Shown in pieces: positions 25,001-36,402 of a DNA stretch of 44,043 nt (positions are counted from its first letter, which is position 1; every line of letters begins with the position of its first letter). A program made the translations under genes and the position numbers. The stretch is from positions 1-44,043 of the forward strand of contig NIVC01004499.1 of assembly GCA_002269645.1 (NCBI GenBank), written 5' to 3'. The notes beneath the pieces were generated by a model that had not been told where the DNA came from, made no database searches, and was given only the letters and a program-made list of their open reading frames with translations. Source of the DNA: Macrostomum lignano (lineage: Eukaryota).

Positions 25001-25698
25001 TAGGATCTTGTATTCCCCACATGGGATCTTGTATTCCCAACCTGGAATCTTGTATTCCCCATCTGGGATCTTGTATTCCCCATCTGGGATCTTGTATTCC
25101 CCTCATGGGATCTTGTATTCCCCACCTGGGATCTTGTATTCTCCACCTGGGATCTTAGATTTTCCATTAGGAATTTTGATTTTGGAAGCATGATTTCTTA
25201 TTTATCCCCATTCGGAATTACGAGTACATGTACATAGTAATGCACGTGTCCGCACCGATTGACCCCGCCTCAGGTGAACATTGTGCCCATTATCGCCAAG
25301 TCGGACACGCTCACTTCAACCGAAGTTCGCGAACTCAAAGAACGAGTTATGGGAGACCTGGAACGGCACAAGATTCAAATCTATCGAATGCCGGAGACTG
25401 ACTCGGACGATGATGAAGAGACTCGCGTTCAGGAGTCTGAGATCCGGGCCTGCATCCCGTTCGCGGCCATCGGCAGCAACTGCGTTGTCGAGTCTGGCGA
25501 AACCGGGCGTCGTGTTCGGGGCCGGCAGTACCCGTGGGGCGTTGTTGAGGTGGAGAATCCACGGCACTGCGACTTCACTAAGCTGAGGATCTTCCTGCTG
25601 GGCACTCATATGCAGGATTTGAAGGATATTACTAAGGAGGTGGGGTGTTTGTTATTTTTGTTTGTTTAGTTAGCTATCCAGTTAGTCAGTCAGTTGGT

Positions 25699-25729
<31 letters not shown>

Positions 25730-26055
25730 TTAGTTAGTCAGTTAGTTAGTCAGTCAGTTAGTCAGTTAGTCAGTCAGTTAGTTAGTTAGTCAGTTAGTTA
25801 GTTAGTTAGCTAGTTAGTCAGTCAGTTAGCTAGTTAGTTAGTTAGTTAGTTAGTTGTTAGCTAGTTAGTTAGTTAGTTAGTTAGTTGTTAGCTAGTTAGT
25901 TAGTTAGTTAGTTGTTAGCTAGTTAGTCAGTCAGTTAGTCAGTTAGTCAGTCAGTTAGTTAGTCAGTTAGTTAGTCAGTTAGCTAGTTAGTCAGTCAGTT
26001 AGTCAGTTAGTCAGTCAGTTAGTTAGCTAGTCAGTCAGTTAGTTAGTCAGTTAGC

Positions 26056-26092
<37 letters not shown>

Positions 26093-26098
26093 GTTAGC

Positions 26099-26147
<49 letters not shown>

Positions 26148-26235
26148 GTTAGCTAGTTAGTTAGTTAGTTAGTTAGTTACTTAGTTAGTTGTTAGCTAGT
26201 TAGCTAGTTAGTTAGTTAGTTAGTTAGTTGTTAGC

Positions 26236-26276
<41 letters not shown>

Positions 26277-27493
26277 GTTAGCTAGTTAGTTAGTTAGTCA
26301 GTTAGTTAGTTGTTAGCTAGTTAGTCAGTTAGTTAGTTGTTAGCTAGTTAGTCAGTTAGTTAGTTAGTTAGTTAGTTGTTTGTTTGTCAGTATTTTATTT
26401 AGCGTGTCACTATATTGAAACACCATCAGAAGACCCCAACAATGTGCTGTTTTGTCCGCAGTTGCACTACGAAAATTACCGGGCCAAGTACATTACAGAG
26501 CGAATGACTAAGCGCAAGGGACCGCGCGAAGAGATGGAGACTAGAAAGTGAGTGTGCATGGCTTCTCTTTTAAAGTTCTGGCTGTACTTACTAGACTCTC
26601 ACGTGGAATAATTTTTTAATATCTTATTTTCCAGATCGAAGAACACCTCCGATGCTCAGTTTGAGGCGCTGGTGGACACCGAAGGCCTTCTCAAGGAGAA
26701 AGAGGACGAGGTGAGGGTGGCGGATACTGAGAAAATGAGATAATAATCATGAGATGGGAGAATGGACACTTAATATGAGACAACAGACACGATAAGATGG
26801 GAGAATAGACACGATAAGATGGGAGAATAGACATGATAAGATGAAAGAATAGACACGATAAGATGGGAGAATAGACATGATAAGATGGGGAGAATAGACA
26901 CGATAAGATGGGGAGAATAGACACGATAAGATGGGAGAATAGACATGATAAGATGGGGAGAATAGACACTATGAGATAAGAGAATAGACACGATAAGATG
27001 GGAGAATAGACATGATAAGATGGGGAGAATAGACACTATGAGATAAGAGAATAGACATGATAAGATGGGAGAATAGACACGATGATATGGGAGAATAGAC
27101 ACGATGAGATGGGAGAATGGACACGATGAGATGGGAGAATAGACACCTGATATTTGTGCTGTCATACATAAAAGACAAGAGATTAGTAAAAGATCTCCCT
27201 AAGTCTCTAACACCGCCACAACCCGCCGCCAATCTCAGATCCGCCGCATGCAGCAGTTGCTGCAGCATCTGCAGTCCAACAAGTCGTCTCAGGGTGGCTC
27301 AGCTGACGGCTCCGGGCCGCCAACTTCGTCAGCCGCCGCCGCTGTGACATCAGCCAACTCCGCTGGCGGCGCTGCGGCCGTCTCGACGACTGCCGCCACA
27401 TCGTCAGGCGGGCCAACTGGCAATTCGTCTGGCGGAACAGCTGGAACGGCTGTCGGCGGTGCCGGGGCGACCAATGGACAGGAGGCAGCCTAA
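22073..27493 (+). CDS. Septin, SEPT2 group (SEPT1/2/4/5-like); exons 22073(or 22142)-22669, 25274-25639, 26462-26547, 26635-26710, 27239-27493
   Basis: Polybasic HRKAVKKG, G1 GESGLGKS, G3 DTPG, G4 AKSD, septin unique element [26 protein letters not shown], and coiled coil LLKEKEDE|IRRMQ typical of the SEPT2 group; all junctions GT-AG with consistent phase; no frameshifts. Confidence 0.96.
22742..23978. repeat. About 1.2-kb polypyrimidine (CTCT/CTCCT) low-complexity tract
   Basis: Direct; nearly purine-free on the + strand. Confidence 0.97.
24415..25158. repeat. 21-bp minisatellite (CTGGGATCTTGTATTCCCCAC) in a septin intron
   Basis: Direct. Confidence 0.97.
25668..26388. repeat. (GTTA)n / (GTCA)n microsatellite in a septin intron
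   Basis: Direct. Confidence 0.97.
26735..27146. repeat. About 22-bp minisatellite (GATGGGAGAATAGACACGATAA) in the last septin intron
   Basis: Direct. Confidence 0.96.
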
Positions 27494-27564
27494 GCAGGGA
27501 GAGGCTGTATGTTGTGTGTTATCTGTAACAATCTGCCTGAATCTTGAATCCCAGATTCAGACAT

Positions 27565-28540
27565 GGTTCTAAATCTTTACCCTGGGATCTGAATCTTAAA
27601 TCCTGGGATCTGAATCGTTTATTCTGGGATTTGAATCTTTAACCCTGGGATCTGAATCTTTAATCTGGTATCTGAATCTTTAACCCTGGGATCTGAATCT
27701 TTAACCCTGGGATCTGAATATTTAACCCTGGGATCTGAATCTTTAACCCTGGTATCTGAATCTTTAACCCTGGTATCTGAATCTTTAACCCTGGGATCTG
27801 AATCTTTAACCCTGGGATCTGAATCTTTAACCCTGGGATCTGAATCTTTAACCCTGGGATCTGAATATTTAACCCTGGGATCTGAATCTTTAACCCTGGG
27901 ATCTGAATCTTTAACCCTGGGATCTGAATCTTTAACCCTGGGATCTGAATCTTTAACCCTGGGATCTGAATCTTTAACCCTGGGATCTGAATCTTTAACC
28001 CTGGGATCTGAATCTTTAACCCTGGGATCTGAATCTTTAACCCTGGGATCTGAATCTTTAACCCTGGGATCTGAATCTTTAATCTGGTATCTGAATCTTT
28101 AACCCTGGGATCTGAATCTTTAACCCTGGGATCTGAATATTTAACCCTGGGATCTGAATCTTTAACCCTGGGATCTGAATATTTAACCCTGGGATCTGAA
28201 TCTTTAACCCTGGGATCTGAATCTTTAACCCTGGGATCTGAATCTTTAACCCTGGGATCTGAATCTTTAACCCTGGGATCTGAATCTTTAATCTGGTATC
28301 TGAATCTTTAACCCTGGGATCTAAATCGTTAATCCTGAGATCTGATTCGTTAACACATGGATCTGAATCTTTAATCTGGGATCTGAATCTTTAATGCTGG
28401 GATCTGATTCGTTAATACATGGATCTGAATCTTTAGTCCTGGGATCTGAATCTTTAATCCTGGGATCTAAATAGTAATCCTGGGATGTAAATCTTTAATC
28501 CATGGATCTGAATATTTAACCCTGGAATCTAAATCATTAA
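27565..28540. repeat. 21-bp minisatellite (CTGGGATCTGAATCTTTAACC) just after the septin stop
   Basis: Direct; homogeneous core, degenerate edges. Confidence 0.97.
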
Positions 28541-29697
28541 TCTTGCGATCTGTTCTACTAATCTGCAGATATATTAATAAATTAATACATAATCCTGGAG
28601 CCTGGATTTCTAATTGTAGGATCCTGTTCTTTAATCCGTCACCTGGATCCTCGAACCGTGTAATTTTTGAAATATTTATTTAGGCATTCATATAACCGGC
28701 TTTAGTGACGCTACTGTCTATTTGAAAGTGTTCCATCGCTGGATCATGTTAAATAGTATCGATTTTGGTTTGTTTGTTATCAATATTTCTTCTTTTATAT
28801 CCTAATTATTAATTAAATATAATTGCAATTCGGAGCGTAGATAATTTGTGCAATCCTTTATCTGTTTTCTGCTTCTGTCTTTTTCTTTACAAAGCGTATC
28901 CTTACATTTATATGTAATCCAGCTTAGCTCTACAAATTATTTATTGATTATTTATCGATCTCAAACGGTACAGCTTTAGCGAGCGTGCATGCTTCGAGTA
29001 TTTTTCTTACGCGTCCATTAAACAGTTGTCGAAGCAGTTATCAATTGCTTATTCAGACCAAATTTTTATTTCGCAATGCAAAAATTTTAGGGAACACAAA
29101 ACCGAATCGGCTCTAGTCATCCAATTTCCAATTGCACTACTATCAGCCTCATCAGTAGTGTAAATAGCTTTTTTGTATTTTTCTACCACGGTTTGTTAAT
29201 CGATGACGCAATCTCCTGTTTTTTATTGTATGGATGATTTTCATCTCAGTATTCTTTGTTAAACCGCAAACCCGTTGTCATCTGCAATACAACCCAGTGC
29301 TGCTGACTTTCGTTTAACAATGTCTGTCTTATCTAAAGTCATAATAATTTATATTACTATATTTATATTAGCAGTTCGCTTTGATTTGCTTGTTAATTAA
29401 TACTCGCCTCTTATTTAATTTTCTACGCTTTACTAAATTGTTGAATTTCTATTTGTTTTTCTGAACAAACTCATATTAAACACGTGTTAATGCAGCTTTT
29501 AACTTTTTGATTGCTTACGAGCGTAATTGCGTTGCTGATATAAAATGCAAAAAAGAAGTAAAAACTTTTATAGTTATATAAACTGCGCATTCAAATTTAG
29601 CTGCAGTTTTGTATATTTATTGTTTGCAAGCACAATGAACTGAGTATAATTGTTGTGTGACATTTTCAAATCGATGAGTTAATTATTTACTTATCTA

Positions 29698-30432
29698 AAG
29701 GGTAGAGAAGTATCATTCGGTAGAAAAGAGGTATCTTATCTATTGGGTAGAAAACGGGTATCTCATAGGGTAGAAAACGGGTATCTCATAGGGTAGAAAA
29801 CGGGTATCTCATAGGGTAGAAACGGGTATTTCATTGGGTAGAAAACGGGTATCTCATAGGGTAGAAATGGGTATCTCATAGGGTACAAATGGGTATCTCA
29901 TAGGGTACAAATGGGTATTTCATTGGGTAGAAAACGGGTATCTCATAGGGTAGAAAACGTGTATTTCATTGGGTAGAAAACAGGTATCTCATTGGGTAGA
30001 AAACGGGTATCTCATAGGGTAGAAACGGGTAGTTCATTGGGTAGAAAACGGGTATCTCATAGGGTAGAAATGGGTATCTCATAGGGTAGAAATGGGTATT
30101 TCATTGGGTAGAAAACGGGTATCTCATAGGGTAGAAATGGGTATCTAATAGGGTAGAAAACGTGTATTTCATTGGGTAGAAAACAGGTATCTCATTGGGT
30201 AGAAATGGGTATCTCATAGGGTAGAAATGGGTATTTCATTGGGTAGAAAACGGGTATCTCATAGGGTAGAAATGGGTATCTAATAGGGTAGAAAACGGGT
30301 ATCTCATTGGGTAGAAAACGTGTATTTCATTGGGTAGAAAACAGGTATCTCATTGGGTAGAAAACGGGTATCTCATTGGGTTGAAAACAGGTATCTCATT
30401 GGGTAGAAAACGGGTATCTCATTGGGTTGAAG
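29698..30432. repeat. 22-23-bp minisatellite (GGGTAGAAAACGGGTATCTCATA) downstream of the STRAP stop
   Basis: Direct. Confidence 0.96.
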
Positions 30433-30591
30433 GGATGCCTCTTTAGGTAGAAAAGGGGCATTTAATGAGGCAAAAAGGCAACATGAGCAGCATTAAGCAA
30501 GATGACAAGAGCAGCAATAAAGTGAGTACACAAGCGCTCAGTCATTGCACGCGCAAGTGCACAAATGCGTCAAATTGAAAATTAGTGCAGC

Positions 30592-33500
30592 TCAGCTGGC
30601 TTCAGAGTCCCCAGTCGGCGCGGCGGTCTCTTTAGGCATCTCCAGTCGCCACAGGCCGTAATTCTCTCCGATCTTGTGCTGCCACAATCGCAGGGTGCCA
30701 TCCTCGCTGCCTGAGGCATACAAGTGACCGTCTGGCGAGTAACGGACGCAGTGCACAGGTCCGAAGTGACCCTTGTGCGACTCCACCACCGAGCCGTCCT
30801 CAGCTGAGCACTTGTACAGCACGAAGTCTTCGCCGCCGCAGACAAAGACAGGCTCGCTAGGGTGCAGAGCTGCTGAGTAGATCTGACAGGGTAGACTGTG
30901 GCTGCTCAGCTCCACCAGTCTGTCCGAGTCCCAGATTGACACCTGGATAATGGGGCATAACAGTTCTGCTGTTAATGTGTCTGACTTAAAGATCGTGCGG
31001 ATTTTTTAAAGGCCGATTTCCTGGAAAAATCATTGAATTGCATTCGATCTGGGGCAGTGAAGATTGCTACTCTGTTGTATTTTATATAGTTGTGCAGTGA
31101 AAGTTTCAATTTTATTTTCATATCAGAAGGAGCAAATTCAATCATTGATTTTTTCCTATCTCCGCAGTATTTTTCCAGGAAATATGCCTCCAAAAAGTCA
31201 TTGGCCATGTGTCCGAAAAAAAACTTTGAGTCCTTAACTTACAACCCGCCAATTTTTGTCTACTAATCGATTATATTGAGCGACAGATGCAAAATACAGT
31301 AAAACAGTTCGTTTTATTTATTATAAACAAGCACTTTTGTCCAGCATAAGAAGATGGTGAAAGATTTGGCCTGTAGTTCTTCGACCAGATTTCACTGCAT
31401 CACAAATGACATTTCTAAGGAAAGTGGGATAATGCATGATATTCAATGGGACACGCTACGTGCATCCATTAAAACCTTTGATTTAACAGAGCTAGAAAGC
31501 TAGGGGTTGAACTCTAGGTGAACAGGGGTAGAAAGCTAGGTAAACATGGGTAGAACTCTGGGTAAACAGGGGTAGAACTCTGGGTAAACAGGGGTAGAAC
31601 GCTACAGTAACAGGCACAAACCTGTGAGCCGCAGCATAGCAACAGCCGAGAATCATCTAATCGCAATTGCAAGTCGCTGGGACAGCCAGACAGCTCCCGA
31701 TCCAGCACCGCGCTCTCCCCATCTGAGCAGCGAACATCTCGAACTACAAATCGTTTATCATCTGCCGCACTGGCAACCAGATATTGATTGAGAAAGATTG
31801 CCGCGCGAAGACTCTTGGCATGGCCCGGCAGTTCAATAGGTGGTGAATCATAATTAGACAAATCGAACAGTCTTAGAAGGCGTTCATTGCTACCAGTGAG
31901 CAATCGACCGCATTGAGCATCAAAATCAACGCATTTGACAATGTGCTTGTGCTCAAAACTGTGCAAAGGGTCGCCAGTGAATCCGTCCCATAATTTGGCT
32001 GAGAAGTCTGCAGCTCCAGTTGCTACCTGACTTGAGTCTGAGTTTAGCACAGCAGACCAGACTGCACCTTTGTGCCCACTCAGGGTGCCAATCCAATCGC
32101 CTGTATCGCCTTGGAGCAGCTGACTCTGGCCATCTGGTGTGAGATTATCAAATAATTAATTTGTGCAAGTGTGACATCATCATTTATTTTGTTTGACATA
32201 TTTTTAAATCACTATTCATTAATTGCCACTATGAGTAGGATAGTTTGAACATAAAAGTGACTATGCATTTGGGTGACTTGGCATATTTAATTATATGTTT
32301 TATATAAGGCCCTTAATTATTATCAACAGTTAAAATTATCAGTACATAAATAAAGCATAATCTAGCCTCACTAAGTCATTAAATTATATATGCAATTGTC
32401 AACTGACCTAGCTGATCTAGTTCTAGTAAAATAATGGTAGACTAAAAATAAGACTTTTGGTCTTTAGATAACTTTCCTAACAAAAAATTAATGACAAATC
32501 AAATACTTTTAGTCAGTTTGCCAATAGATTGCTAAACTAAATCATATTTAGTAAAAACTAAGTTGCATGATCAATGTAATTTTAGAGGTTGTATATAGGC
32601 TTAATGTCATGATATATATCAAAGTGATAGGGAGGGGGTAGAGGATGTATCCTTCAAATGGCCTAAAAGTTTTGTTGAAGTCTGCTCTTTAGCTTATATA
32701 ATGTAGATGTCCATTGTGAAAATAATTTATCCTCCTGAATATAACTATTCTCCCTGAAAAAAATTTCTAGCTATATGCCTAATATATATATACTTTTAAT
32801 TTTGATATTTAGTGGATCTTATTTAAATAAAAGACCTAAAAATTACAAAACTACAAACAAACAAAATTACTATTCTATTTTTAGGCTAAACCCCTAGGCT
32901 TAAACTTAGCAACATTGAAAAATTGTGACTATGCACCAATCCATATTGCGGATTGTGTCCCTATTGCAGCTAATGGCCATTTTCGTGGACGGCGTCCGGC
33001 GCGGATTGGACTGGTGGCGGCGCGGCGTGCGGCGGCGGCGCGGCGCGTGGCGGCGGCGCGCGGTGGCGTGGTGTGTGGCGGCAGCGCGCAGCGCGCGGCG
33101 AGCCATTGACTGACTAATTGAACCAAATCACTGATCCTGGGGACTGGCCCTGGCGCAGTACGGGTAGATGTCTGGCGCGGGAAAGGGGGGCGTCCGGCGC
33201 GGTTCAGACCTTGGCTGCAATAGGGGATTGTGTTACATGTACGCCAGAAAGTATTTGGCTATCTAGTAAATTGTACACCAATAAAAATTGTGTGATTAAA
33301 GAGCACATACCAATGCAACAAGTGGTAGATGCATGCAACAAAAAATTGCTCCAAAAAAATGATACCAATATTATTTAAAAATGGATATTATTAGTAAAAC
33401 AAAAAAGTTATGTATACTAAAGTTTTAGATATATTTTTACTAGTAATTGTAAAAACTTTAAGTATAATATTTAAAAAATTAATTTATTGCCACAAATTTA

Positions 33501-34836
33501 AATTTAATATTACTACAGCAAAGGATTGTTTAGCATAATTTACACAATTAAGATATATACTTGAATGTTTTTGTCTGCTGCATCACAAGCTTGAACATGT
33601 ATAGTTATAAATTATAAGCCAATGATTGTGCTATAAAGTTGCATTTCCTCCTTGTATGCCATATGTACACTAGCTAAAGCATTTGTATGCCAGATGTATG
33701 CCAGCTAAAGCATTTTTACACCAGAATTTTTTATTGTATACTACACTTTCGGTAATATGGGCACCAATGCGGGGGCCGTAGCCCAGCGGTAGCGCAGCTG
33801 CTCTGGTGTGCCGCGACCCAAGCTTGATTCCAAGTGCAGCCACATTAATTTGGGGCTGGATTGGAATCTTGGCTTGGCTCACTTGTGCAATTAACGGCCT
33901 TGAGAGCCAACCCCCCAAGGCGCAGTGAAGTGTACATGCCTAACAATTGATAAAAGTTAGGGCTGCTGTACACTCCTGTGTGTGTGTGTGTGCCTGCGTA
34001 ACATATCCGCGCGCTTGTATGCCTGCTCAGGGGAGTTGGCGGAATGGGCAGTAATGCCTCTTGCCAGTTGTGTGCCAATGACGCTTAAATTGCGCCAGGG
34101 TGCACACAACCCCCCTGCCTCTAATAAAAATGGGCACCAATGAGGAATTTCTCTTAAATTATTCTAAAATAAAAATATAAGAAAACCAATGAGGGTGCTT
34201 TTAATTCATCCAATCCTCACACACTGCTTCTCTATTTCATTCCTCAACTCAAGTCTGCCACAGTGTAGATAAGTTATGTCATTTGCAAAGATTAAGACTT
34301 TATTTGCACTTACAAGTGGCAAGTGGCAACCACAGAAAGAATCTTTAATGATGGTAACTTTTAATGTTGCTGAGTATTATACTATTTAATGTCTATTCTA
34401 TTTCTTAACTATTTAATTTTAAAATTATTGATTAAAATGCTTACACCCTGGAAGGCCTAGGCCAGGGACCTCCCTCAGTGTGTGTGCATTATGTAGTTAT
34501 CTAAAAACCATTTTATGTAATACTAAGGATAAGAATTTTTCATGGCAAAGACCACTTTCTTAACTATGCCTATGGTGATTCTAATGAATTAAATGGCAAT
34601 GCAAAAAACTATGAATCTTAAACAAAGTCTGACAATGACATAGGCCTTACATCAACTAGAAAATAAAAAAGTCAAGACAATGACCTTTAGTATTTACCTT
34701 TAGAAGCTGTGACAAGAAAGTATCCTAGATCAGATACATCACTGAATCTCAGCGACACCACTGGGCGTGTATGAACAGAACATGTTATAGCCAGTTGTTT
34801 GATTTGAGATAGGCCTAAAAGTGATTTGTCATCCAT
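30592..34836 (-). CDS. STRAP: Serine-threonine kinase receptor-associated protein (WD40, UNRIP); exons 34836-34698, 32133-31622, 30942-30592
   Basis: TCSVHTRPVVSLRFS..GYFLVTASK|DGQSQLLQGDTGDWIGTLSGHKGAVW, HKHIVKCVDF, GGEDF, GHFGPVHCVRYSPDGHLYASGSEDGTLRLWQ match STRAP throughout; GT-AG junctions with consistent phases (1, 0); no frameshifts. Exon 1 is absent from the ORF track. Confidence 0.95.
31500..31600. repeat. Short 22-bp minisatellite (GGGGTAGAACTCTGGGTAAACA), about 4 units, in STRAP intron 2
   Basis: Direct; starts about 20 bp from the donor. Confidence 0.85.
32959..33225. mobile_element. GC-rich MITE, 267 bp, in STRAP intron 1
   Basis: Perfect 12-bp TIRs CCCTATTGCAGC / GCTGCAATAGGG; exact TSD GATTGTGT (32951-32958 and 33226-33233; a 9-bp reading GGATTGTGT is also possible); internal direct repeat GGCGTCCGGCGCGG near both ends. 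Confidence 0.88.
33770..34129 (+). mobile_element. tRNA-derived SINE, 360 bp, antisense in STRAP intron 1
   Basis: Pol III A box TAGCCCAGCGG (33779-33789), B-box-like AGCTTGATTCC (33821-33831) at tRNA spacing, TAATAAAA tail, 13-bp TSD ATGGGCACCAATG (33757-33769 and 34130-34142). Confidence 0.88.
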
Positions 34837-36402
34837 TATGTCAATGATTGACTGCCTCTAAAATCCAAAAATTGCTATAAAAATACAACTACTGTGATGT
34901 TATCTGTCAATAGGGGTTTAAGAAATACGATCAGGGTATATACTTTGAAATCAAATAATATAAATAAAATGCCTTAAAATTGCAGAAGTACTCGATTTTA
35001 TTAAGTAGCTCTGCATAGTATTTATTTCCCGCAGACTCTTTCGATTTCGAAGAAAAATTACAGTTGAGTTGTCGCGCTTTTTGAGATCGTAATTTCAAAC
35101 TGATTACGAGTCACTTAAGTGAGAGTGTTGCTAAGCGCTATATTCTAAAATTTTTATTTCTTTATTTTCAAAATTCTATTTTCAGCAAAAATCAATGTGA
35201 TTTCGCTAGACCATCCGACGTTTATACAGGGGACCATGATTATTTTTAGGTTGACTTTATTTTGGTAAGCGTAATGGATGGTGAATTAAACTTGTCGAAT
35301 TACATGGCTATTGAAGTACATTTAAATTATATATTATACAATTATTTACGTAATTGACTCGAAAAGCAAGGCTTTTTATTAGACCCTGTTGGCCCCGTTT
35401 TTCTTGGTTGTCGAATTCGACACTTGGGGTGCGAAATTTGCTGTCAAATTTATTCATAGCTGCAAGACAGACGTACATGCCGGGACAATTAGAATGATGA
35501 AACCATGAAGCATACATGCACGGTGCAAACGCGATGGTCCAACAACCGAATTTGATAGCGCCTTCCAGATTCTATCACATGTACTACTGCAGTGTACATA
35601 TCACAATTGTACGTTGCCAGCTTGTCCTGCATGACGACTGCGCTTACCCTTCACATGTAGCAGTAATGCGCATTTATACATGTATATTGCTTGGCTCTGC
35701 AAAGCCAAAGTGAAGCCACGTCTTTAATGCATTCATGTAGATTTTCACTCCGCCACATGCAGAATCTGCACATACTTTTCGCAGATCTCAGAGCGTCGAT
35801 CATAGGTCTTGTATTCACTGCAGTAGGCAGCTCTCATGCTGCTGAAGCCTAATATTCAAATAGCACTTCAGATGCAGCGCACAACTTGACGACGCTGCGT
35901 GTGAATACGCCCACATTCCTAACACAGCCTCCTCTCACATGGAATTTGCCAACCTTTGTCTAACAAACATGCAGCCCGAGCTCTGTCCCAGGTTTCTATT
36001 CAAATTTTCCTAGCAGAAAAGTCAAGACTTCTCATTCAATCGATGACGTGAGTCTTACTGCATTCATGGTTTGTGAGGCTATGGCACTTAAGAAAAAGTC
36101 ATGCTTCATGTATACATGCACTGACTAAATTCTCTTCAAAAAGTATGGAACACCCCCATTGCAGTCAGTAAATGCGTGTTTCTACAGGTAACTGTGTATG
36201 CTGGCAGTCGTGAACTCTTCCTATCAGCTACGTACGCCCCCTGCCTACTGCTTGCTGCTTCGGTCCAGTAAGCAACAAGACGACATTTAAGTCAAGGAAA
36301 ACTTTTCGTAGCCTCACTTTTCTACTAAACCTCGCCTCTTCTGCATAAAACTCTGACAGGCGTTTCAGGTTTGTGAAGGAAAAAAGCTAGCTGCTTTAAA
36401 GC

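Noticed and set aside
32906-33378. Arg/Ala-rich ORFs on both strands
   Set aside because: They result from the GC-rich MITE interior inside STRAP intron 1.
33770-33845. Functional tRNA gene
   Set aside because: It has A and B boxes but no convincing cloverleaf or anticodon arm, and it continues into a body with an A-rich tail and TSD, i.e. a SINE head.
34760-34780. STRAP first WD40 motif reads CSVH instead of the usual CSGH
   Set aside because: A single substitution that could be real divergence or a base error; not interpretable without reads or orthologues.
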